A stretch of 63,548 nucleotides of DNA, counting the filler, from Octopus bimaculoides (taxonomy: Eukaryota): assembly GCF_001194135.2 (NCBI RefSeq). It is 11 parts of 10 records of this genome, joined end to end, with 100 filler letters (N's around TTAATTAATTAA, not from the genome) between each part and the next. Parts side by side here need not be neighbours in the genome. Positions count along the whole stretch, not along the records: positions 52,661 to 56,705 come from NC_069007.1; positions 56,806 to 58,415 come from NC_068987.1; positions 58,516 to 60,947 come from NC_068991.1; positions 61,048 to 62,421 come from NW_026357714.1; positions 62,522 to 63,548 come from NC_068982.1; 6 more parts are not named here. One strand, given 5' to 3'. Positions 53,485 to 63,548 of the stretch are shown in pieces. Made by a program: the position numbers and the translations under genes. How positions within the stretch are numbered: position 1 is the first letter of the stretch; each line of letters starts with the position of its first letter. The notes below the pieces were generated by a model, which had not been told where the DNA came from, searched no databases, and worked only from the letters and a program-made list of their open reading frames with translations.

Positions 53485-53875
53485 GAATGGCTGTGTGGTA
53501 AGTAGCCATGCTTACCAACCACATCGTTCCGGGTTCAGTCCCACTGCGTGGCATCTTGGGCAAGTGTCTTCTACTATAGCCTCGGGCCGACCAAAGCCAT
53601 GTGAGTGGATTTGGTAGACGGAAACTGGAAGAAGCCCGTCGTATATATGTATATATATATATGTATGTGTGTGTGTTTGTGTGTCTGTGTTTGTCCCCCT
53701 AGCATTGCTTGACAAACGATGCTGGTGTGTTTATGTCCCCGTCACTTAGCGGTTCGGCAAAAGAGACCGATAGAATAAGTACTAGGCTTACAAAGAATAA
53801 GTCCCGGGGTCGATTTTCTCGACTAAAGGCGGTGCTCCAGCATGGCCCCAGTCAAACGACTGAAACAAGTAAAAA
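53485..53875 (+). mobile_element. SINE family B, full length
   Basis: Collinear with 10863-11348. Confidence 0.88.
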
Positions 53876-54469
53876 AATAAAAGAATAAAAGAATACGTAC
53901 CTTTGTCGCTTCCTTTTGTGCTATTTTCAAAGTAGCAAGTTGTCTCTTCAGTTCCTTGATATTCGCTTCTTTGTCTGTTTTCCATTCTTGAGCCCTGAAA
54001 TGAAACCATATGATACCGAATTCAAATTTTGGTACCAGGCCAGCAATTCCGGGGGTACAGCTAAGACAATTTCATCGACCCCAGTAGTCAACTGGTACTT
54101 GTAGAACAATGAAATATCGGTCTTTCAACCCGAGATGGGCCAGATGAAGAAGTTGAGAATCCATAAAAATATAGAAGGAAAATTTATAAAATAGGACATT
54201 TGGCATTTCACTAACAGGATGTAATTGTTCTTCTTGTTCCCTTTATTGTCGTTGTTGTATAAACCTAGGTCATCCCTGATCAAATACACAAATCTATGAT
54301 TGAACACATCTAATTCCAGCTACTACAGACTATATTTAAGTTTCCCAACTGGTCATCCATCTAACTAGGGTCATCCTTGTTTAACTTCAGTATCCGACTA
54401 CAACCGTTATTTTACCATGAAATTATTGCTGTTTCTGTTGTTGATGCTGCTACTTACATCGTAGAATTT

Positions 54470-54960
54470 CCTATCTGTCTTTCTCTCTCTCCTCTTTCTC
54501 TTTTCCTGTCTCTCGTTGCTCACACGTGACCATCGTCCATCTTTCTTTTCTTCGCGTGACCATCTTTCTTCTCCTGAAAGGACGTTCTAAGGACTGGACG
54601 TCTCCTATCTCTCTCTTCTATCTTTTCTCTTTTCAAAGAAAATATTTCCCTCACCGTTCACTATTTTCCCTCGTTCTGGTCTAACAACCCTCCATGTCTG
54701 TTTTCGTTCGGTTTCCTTGTATGTCTCCACTGTCCTGTTTTTGTTCCAAACTTTGACCCTCCGTAAATCCCAAAATTTATTTTTGTATCTATGGCAGCAA
54801 CTGTCTTCGAAGGCTCATATTGTCATTGATTGTTCGAAATAGGGAGTAGATAGACAGCCGACAACTGATGAAGGGTCATCCTTTGTACCCATTGTATTCT
54901 TGTCCTGTTTTCCATTTTTTCTCTCGTTGTTTGTGTATTGAACTTATTTGTTTTCGTATT
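54470..54960 (+). mobile_element. Family E repeat, diverged
   Basis: Pyrimidine-rich start, ttcgaaa...caactgatgaaggg, similar to 41250-41650 (-) and 44520-44740. Confidence 0.45.
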
Positions 54961-56459
54961 TCATGTTGTTTACTGTTAGTGACGTCCTNNNNNNNNNNNN
55001 NNNNNNNNNNNNNNNNNNNNNNNNNNNNNNNNNNNNNNNNNNNNNNNNNNNNNNNNNNNNNNNNNNNNNNNNNNNNNNNNNNNNNNNNNNNNNNNNNNNT
55101 ATACATATATATATTATTTATATTATTATTATATATCTATAGATACATACATATGCATTTATATGTATGCATATACATACATATACATATACATATATAT
55201 ACATAGACATACATATTCACATGTTTATGTTTGTACACACACACATATATACATACATATACTGATAGATACATAAATGCATACTTGGATACATACACAC
55301 ACATACATACACACACATACATACACACAAGCACATCAATCTACATGTATCTTTCCATGCCTATCAACACACACATATATATATATACACACATACATTT
55401 ACATACATAAACGTAACATACATTTAAGCATACCCACAAAATATACACATACACATGTAAAATACACGCTTGCATACATACAGATCCACACACATACATT
55501 CACAAACACACACATATTTGCATAGATACATGCTTAAAAACACAAGCATATACATACACACACAGAGACATACATATGCACGCATCTTTTCTCTTATCTT
55601 TCAGCTAAGCAAAGTAAAAGCTGTCAAAATGTAAATTATGAAATATTTTCTTTAATTAAATTTAAATCGTTAGCTGTGGCTACGCTGGTCCCTTTGGGCT
55701 TCCATCAAATCAACGCAAAATTCGCTGCGAGTGTTTGATTTTTCTGTGTTTTTCTTTACATCAACTCGGATTCTTTTTTATTTTTTTATTTTATTTTTGG
55801 TTTTGTTACATTGATGATGGTGTTTGTTGTAAGCTGTTTTCAGTTTCCGAATATGTGATTGGATTTTCAACATTTCACATGTCACTTAAATGTGATTTCA
55901 CATCACGTGGGTCGGTAGACGAGGAAGAAAAACGAGGAAGGAAAATATCGAATACAACGTCTTGTCGTTAGTACATCGCCATCATCAGAATTTCATACAT
56001 ACATTTGCAGACACACACTCACNNNNNNNNNNNNNNNNNNNNNNNNNNNNNNNNNNNNNNNNNNNNNNNNNNNNNNNNNNNNNNNNNNNNNNNNNNNNNN
56101 NNNNNNNNNNNNNNNNNNNNNNTTACGATGATGAAAAGCTAAGGTTTCCAGGCAAAATAGGATTAAATAATGAGATGTTTTGGCAGACACCATTTAGAAA
56201 GAGAACAACAGAAATGTGTAAGCTTTCTTCAAAATTTGACGAGTAAATCTTTGATCGTTGTTTCTTTGTCTTTTGTCTCTCTTTCCAGCTGCCTTTTGCA
56301 TTCATGCAAATATGCAGCAGACACATTGGGAGAGAAATATAGACACACACAGAGAGATGTATAGCCACAGAGAGATGGATGGTAGATAGACAGATGGATA
56401 AGATAGATTATAGGCAGACACAGGCATACGTACACAATCGCGCGCACATACACACACAA

Positions 56460-56481
56460 ACAGGTATAGAAAGAGAGGGAC

Positions 56482-56528
<47 letters not shown>

Positions 56529-56600
56529 GACAGAGAGGGAGACACAGACAGACAGACAAACGGACGGACAGGCAGACAGGTAGATAGACAGGTAGACAGG

Positions 56601-56684
<84 letters not shown>

Positions 56685-56705
56685 GAGATAGAATCAGGCA
56701 GACAG
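56460..56705. repeat. (GACA)n(GATA)n tetranucleotide microsatellite
   Basis: Direct reading. Confidence 0.97.
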
Positions 56706-57820
56706 NNNNNNNNNNNNNNNNNNNNNNNNNNNNNNNNNNNNNNNNNNNNTTAATTAATTAANNNNNNNNNNNNNNNNNNNNNNNNNNNNNNNNNNNNNNN
56801 NNNNNTATATATACACAATATATATATATGTTATATGATAAAACAGAGTCTGTGTGTGAGTGTGCATGTGTGTATGTGTATGTTCCTTATGGATTCGAAA
56901 ACTGAGTTGCCGATTTTCACGTATGAAGTATCAAAAGATTCAGTAATCTTTCGGCTACCAAATAATGTATGTTTTTTTTGCACAACAACTCTTTTTTACC
57001 AGAAAAATAATCTCGAAAACGAGGTCGGGTCGCACGATTCTGAGGTCTTTTAGGAAGGGAGGCAACTCTGCTTGAACAATTTTTATGTCTTAGAGCATAG
57101 TGAGAAAAGGTTTAAAATACATGGCGTTTTACCAGTGAATGAAACATCGAAGATATACCGTTAACGTCATTTGTATTATTTAGTATATAATCTTTTAAGG
57201 TGAAGCATTTTTGTCCGTGTTTTGTTTAGCCCGGAGTTACCTCTGATGTAGGAGACCCATTGCATACATTGTTTTCTTCCTGAAATAATGTAAATCTATA
57301 TCTTTCTTTTGATGAAAGGATGTGTTTTAAGTGAGATTTGACTGCTATTTGTAGTAGCTCAAGTTACCACAGAGACACCTGTGTATGTGTGTGTATTTTG
57401 TTGTGGCGAAAAATGTACTTTTTCTCAGAATATTTTGCACAATAATTTTTAAAGAAATCTGGACATCTTTTTTACTGCTAACCATTCAACTTCAAATTAC
57501 AATTGTTAATTGCTGGAAGTCAAATAGACTGAGATGTACACATAGTGTTATCGTATAGAGTGGAAATTCAATACGAAATTTTGTACTCATTATCTTGTGG
57601 TTAGTAATCCATTACCTTGAATTTGAAGCCATTAAGTCTTAAAACATCATTTTAATAGGTTTAGTCTTTCGACTGTCGCTGTGATGGAGTATCACCTTCA
57701 AAAATTTAATTGATCACACTGATCTCAGTACGTATTTCAATCTGGCATTTATTTTATAGATCTCTGCTTGATGAACTCTGAGACACAGTGGGATAAAATA
57801 CTCGATTTCACAACAAATGT

Positions 57821-57860
<40 letters not shown>

Positions 57861-58515
57861 TAGGTACAAGAATGACTGTGTTGTTGAGAAGTTTGCTTCC
57901 CAACCACATGGTTCCACGTTCAGTCCCACTGCATGGTGCCTTGGGCAAATGTTTTCTACTATAGCCCTAGGCCAACCACAGGCTTGTGACTGAATTTGGT
58001 TGACGAAAAAATGCAGCGTTGCTCATCAGAAAATGACCGAAAAACATGTTTATAAAGAAGAGTTGTATGTATGTGCATACATACTCAGATTCATCACAGA
58101 CCAGCTATAGGTGAAACTCGGAATAGTCTGCCAAATTCGATATAATATATATTTGTCCACTCTACCCACCATATTACGTTCTATACCAGACAATGTTTGC
58201 ACTATGTGAAATATATTATTCATATACTTTGCTAATGTTATATTACCCCCACTCTCTCTCTCTTTCTCTGTCTCTTTCTCTGTCTCTGTCTCTGTCTCTG
58301 TCTGTCTGTCTCTCTGTCTCTGTCTCCCTGTCTCTGTCTCTCTCTGTGTCTCTGTCTCTCTCTCTCTGTCTCTGTCTCCCTGTCTCTGTCTCTGTCTCTG
58401 TCTCTGCCTCTCTGTNNNNNNNNNNNNNNNNNNNNNNNNNNNNNNNNNNNNNNNNNNNNTTAATTAATTAANNNNNNNNNNNNNNNNNNNNNNNNNNNNN
58501 NNNNNNNNNNNNNNN

Positions 58516-58557
<42 letters not shown>

Positions 58558-59275
58558 TCATGCTACGTTACTTATGAGGCTCGCATGAGTTCTACTGGTA
58601 ACATGGAATCCAGTACAACCTGTTGCATGCTCAGGTTGTCGGCGACTAAACCGGCACTCCTACCAGACTACCCTGGTGAGGAGGGTTGCTAGAAATCCAG
58701 CAGGATTAAAAGCGAGACCTGTTTAAAGGTTGGATAAACCTTGTGCAGGCTCAATGTTCTCATTAATCAATTAAAAGAGTCGTTAGAAATGACCGCAATG
58801 AATTGACACTTGTACCTCTTAGTTACACACTTACAATTTATTCAACTATCCTGGAATCTACGCTTCGTAAATATTATAGACAGTGTTTTTAATTTAATGT
58901 CTGAATAGCTAAGAGCAGATTTCTTCACTCAGCTGGGTTTTATTATCGGCATACACTGCAAGAATTTCATGTAGCTAGCATTTATGCACCAAGTCTTATA
59001 TTCTCTTAATATTGTTGAATATGCATGTTACTCCGACCTAACAAGGTGCCTCAATTTAAGTACCTAATTCAATTGAATCTTAATTGAATCTTAATTATAT
59101 ATATATATATATATATATAATTATGTGTATTTCTTCTATCTTAATGAATAAAAATTCTTCTGATAGAATAAATGGGTTAATAGAAAACAATGTAGCAAAG
59201 AACACAAAATAACTGTGGTTTAGTTTTTGTTTTTAAAGCAGGAACTCCTTGAAATTTTGGGTATTTGAGTATATT

Positions 59276-59481
59276 TAAGAATTTAAGGAATGGAGAAAAC
59301 GCATGTTATAATTGCATACTTTATTCCTACATATATTTCAAAGGATTACAACCTGTGTGATCCATAGGTATCTTTGATATCAAAGATCCCTATGGATCAC
59401 ACAGGTTGTATTCCTTTGAAACATATGTAGGAATAAAGTATGCAATTATAACATGCGTTTTCTCCATTCCTTAAATTCTTA
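59276..59481. repeat. 206-bp near-perfect palindrome (103-bp arms, no spacer, 3 mismatches)
   Basis: taagaatttaagg...ctttgat|atcaaag...ccttaaattctta; centre between 59378 and 59379. Confidence 0.96.
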
Positions 59482-60619
59482 TATATATATATATATATAT
59501 ATAAATTCAAAACACTTTACAAACCATAATAATATTTGGGAAATAAAGAAATGGAAATAAAAGTGCAACGGAAGCATCAACTTACACATTTACTCTATTT
59601 CTTTCTTTTTTAAATTTTTGAATTTTAGACAAATGGAGAATGCTCTTATCTCTTACCTAGAAAGATATATGGAAATGGAGGGTATAAAATCCTCAATAAT
59701 AGGTCTGACTTTGGGAGCGATGTCATTTACAAATTATGCTTATGGCGTATCGGCGATTTGGTGTTCCAATGCCACAGCTTGCTATCTGATTCAACACTTT
59801 AAATATAACTAAGAATGTGTAATGTCTGAATGGATGGTTTTTGCGTAGGCTCTTGAGACATGAGTAATAGTAAATGGATAAGTAGATTTGTTTAGCAAAT
59901 AGCTATAAACAGCGTAGAAAACTAAATCTAGATCACAATCGACATGAAAAGTTTATAAAAAAACTTCTTACATAGAAAAAAAACTATACATGCAAATTGT
60001 TTGCTTGATATATGATTAGCCATTTACAATAAGCATTTTTTTTTCATTACTATCTGTTGAATCTCGTTGCACTTCAATAGATTAATATCAAGACTTTACT
60101 TATAAACAGTTCCAAGTCTTTGGTAGTTTTCTTCTATTAAGTCCTGTCCTATGGCAACAAATAGTAAGCATTGTTTCAAACAGGTCTTCGTTAATTTTTT
60201 TTCTCAGCAGCATACGCGTATATTTTTAATTTCATGTTCCGCTAATGTTTTATTACTTTAAGTTGATGTGATACTATAAAAGATTCTACTTGTTCTACAT
60301 TTTCTTTTATTTTTTCCTTTCCAATTTGTTTATTTTCATTATATTTCCTTCAGATGACTAACCAAGGAAAACACTTGTAAATGTTTTTAGTTTCCAATAG
60401 ATACCTGCTGGTATTCTTATCTTTCTTTCTAATTTTTCAATTGTTGTATTTCTCAAATTTATCGTAGTTTTTCAGCTCAACTAAAATGTTTTATCCAGAC
60501 AAACAGAATTACCCATCAAATAATATTTGATGCGTGTGTGTATGTGCGCACGTATTTGTTTGTGTGTGCGTATGTGTGCACGTACGTGTGTGCGTGCGTG
60601 CGTGTGTGTGTATGTATGT

Positions 60620-60650
<31 letters not shown>

Positions 60651-60657
60651 CATACAT

Positions 60658-60703
<46 letters not shown>

Positions 60704-61047
60704 ATATGTAGGTATGCACGTATGTATACAAATGTGTATGCAGATAGAAGGAAAGACACAAAGAGAGATAAAACTATCGAATTTTCTTGGTAAAACAAAC
60801 TTTTCCTAATGATGCTTTTAAAATATCAAAGCGTAAAAAGGCCTATGTGAATACATACTAATTGATAATAATTAGTATGAGACAAACGTATGTCACGAAA
60901 CTGGTAAGATTATCTATCTATCTATATATATATATATATATATATATNNNNNNNNNNNNNNNNNNNNNNNNNNNNNNNNNNNNNNNNNNNNTTAATTAAT
61001 TAANNNNNNNNNNNNNNNNNNNNNNNNNNNNNNNNNNNNNNNNNNNN

Positions 61048-62421
61048 GAACGAAGGATCGTACGTAGGTTCGCACGTACATACGTAAGTACGTAAGTGCA
61101 AACGAACGAAGACATGTACCTACGTACGTACGAACGAACGTAAGAACGTACGAACGAATTAACGAACGGAAGTACGAAGGAACGAAGGAACGAAAGAACG
61201 AACGAACGAACGAGCGAACAAAAAAACGTACGAACGAAAAAGACGTACGTACAAACGAACAAACGAACGAACGAACGATCTAACGAACGAACGTACGTAT
61301 GTACTTACGTAATTACGTACGTACGAACGATCGAACGAAGGAACGTACCTTGTGTCCGTACGTACAAATGAACGATAGAACGAACGAGCCTGCGTACGTA
61401 CGTTCAAACGAACGAATGTACGTATGTACGTTCGAACGAACGGACGAACGAATGAATAAACGTACGTAAGTGGGAACTTACGAACGAATGAACGATCGAA
61501 CGAGCGAACTCAGATACGTACGTACGTACGAACGAAGAAATGAACGAATGAACGAACGGACGACCGAATGTAAGAACGTACGAATGAACGATCGAACGAA
61601 CCTACGTACGTAAGTACGTAAGAAGAAACGAACGAACCAACCAACGGACGAAAGTACGTATGTACGAGCGAAAAAACGAACGAACGAACGTACGTACGTC
61701 CGAACAAACGAATGATCGAACGTATGAACGAACGAACGAATGAACGAACAAACGAATGAACTGTAGTACGTACCTACGTTTGGACGCAAAAACGAACGAA
61801 CGTACGCACGAACGAAATAACAAATGAATGAACGAACGAACGAAAGACCGAACGTTCGAAAGTAAGAATGATCGAACGAACGAAGGAGCGAACGTTCGCA
61901 CGAAAGAACGAGCGAACGAACGAGCGAAATTCCCTACGTACGTACGATCGAACGAACGTACGTCCATACGTACGAACGAACGAACGATCGAACGAGCGTA
62001 CGTACATGCGTACGGATGGATGAAAGAACGAACGAACGTACGTACATAAGCCATTAAGTATGAACAAACGAACAAACGAACTTACGTACGTAAGAATGAG
62101 CGAACGATCAAAATGACCGAACGAACGAAGGAACGAACGGACGTACGAACAAACGAACGTACGTACGAACGAACGAACGAAAGAATGAACGTACGTACTT
62201 ACGTACCTATGTACGAACGAACGAAGGAACGTNNNNNNNNNNCGTACGTACTTACGTACCTATGTACGAACGAACGAACGAACGTGCGAACGTTAATAAG
62301 TATGTACGTTAGAACGAACGAACTAAATAAAGAACGAACGAACGACCGAACGAACGAACGATCTTTCGTAGGTAAGTACGACCGATGAAACGAACGAACG
62401 AACGACAGATCGAACTAACGA
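61048..62421. repeat. CpG-rich complex (CGAA)n/(CGTA)n satellite
   Basis: Shuffled tetramers gaac, gtac and gatc over ~1.37 kb, bounded by gaps. Confidence 0.95.
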
Positions 62422-63289
62422 NNNNNNNNNNNNNNNNNNNNNNNNNNNNNNNNNNNNNNNNNNNNTTAATTAATTAANNNNNNNNNNNNNNNNNNNNNNN
62501 NNNNNNNNNNNNNNNNNNNNNTATATATATATATATATGCGGATCCAAACAGTTTGATTCAAATTCGCTAATACTCTTGAGTTTCAAGCGTGATGGTAGT
62601 CGTCAGTGGGCTGCAACTGGTTGAGGAAGGTCACGCTGTGTTGTGGTTTGATGTTAGTATATGGGTAACAGTTAGTTGGACAGCACAGCATGATGAACAA
62701 GAAATTGACCACGTGGAGGACAGGAAATAGAGACTATGTGGCGATTAGGAAATCGGTCAGGTTGTTGGAGGGGAAGTAGGAAGGGGTTCCATGTACAAGT
62801 ATATAGTTCTATAACTGGTGAGTAGACGCGTTAATATAGATTTGCGTGGACGTATGTATTGATGCGAGCGTGCGCAGCTGTACATGGGTACGCACGCTCA
62901 CGTCTGCAGACACACACACACACGCGCGCGCTTGGATGAACACTCGTGCGTGCACACGCACACACATACACGCGCATACGCACATATGTAGGCATATTCA
63001 CACATATACACACACATACACAAAGTTAATTTATATCCATTATCTCTCCATTTTCTTATTTAATGATAATTGATATGTGTATAATATATTTATTGAAGAA
63101 TTATATCTTCAAAGTATAATATATTAAACCAGTGTAACTTGGACAAAACTCTCCCTATAAAAGGTTTATATATTTTCATAAAGATTGACTATATATATAT
63201 ATACGTGTATATAATTTTACACACACACACGTAGGTGTGTGTGTGTGTACATAGTTTTTAATGACTAATATGATAGATAAGGCAACGAA

Positions 63290-63450
63290 CTGGTCGAATT
63301 GTCAGTACGTCAGGCAAAATGCTGAGCAGCATTTAGTTCGTTTTCACTTCTGAGTTCAATTTCAGCAGAGGTCTAATTTGCCTTTCATCTTTTCGGGGTC
63401 AATAAAATATGTACCGAAATTGCTGGCCTTGTGCCAAAGTTTGAAAACAA
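63290..63450 (+). mobile_element. SINE family A, diverged
   Basis: aggcaacgaactggtcgaa...ctgagttcaatttcagcagaggtc...tttcggggtcaataaa...ggccttgtgccaaag. Confidence 0.75.
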
Positions 63451-63548
63451 CATTGTTGATAAGTGCCAATGCACTAATTTTTCAGCCTTTTCTGTAACTT
63501 CAGCTGGTTATTAGTAATAATAATAATGCATATATATATATATATATA

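Noticed and set aside
58640-58690. Twister-like reading (UAA...GAGGG)
   Set aside because: The L4 loop and pseudoknot pairings required by the twister consensus are missing.
59618-59812. Short ORF after a pyrimidine tract and TAG
   Set aside because: No recognisable domain in any frame; the surrounding sequence is stop-rich.
15317-62476. Recurrent TTAATTAATTAA motif
   Set aside because: Always embedded in N runs; an artificial gap linker, not a biological repeat or CRISPR-like array.

Overview
AT-rich, gap-ridden draft-assembly DNA from a repeat-rich animal genome. The microsatellite load, tRNA-derived SINE families and LINE/transposon mix look like a coleoid cephalopod, most likely Octopus; this is pattern recognition, not a database hit. 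No prokaryotic features, CRISPR arrays or rRNA/tRNA genes, and no confidently identifiable host gene (one weak exon candidate). The window is mainly an intron- or intergenic-type transposable-element graveyard. It holds a fairly young RTE LINE (APE+RT), a Penelope-like element (RT+GIY-YIG), three R4/Dong-like LINE pieces, two Tigger/pogo and two Tc1 remnants, at least four tRNA-SINE families, foldback elements and many simple repeats. The most interesting signal is a set of minimal type-I hammerhead-ribozyme-like motifs with palindromic helix III in several different short repeats. One sits behind a tRNA-SINE head, and two sit in or next to near-perfect long palindromes. Other oddities: a 152-bp tandem array built around a 109-bp mini-TIR element, long foldback hairpins, and a 1.4-kb CpG-rich (CGAA)/(CGTA) satellite. 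Nearly all long ORFs in the supplied track are microsatellite or N-gap artefacts.
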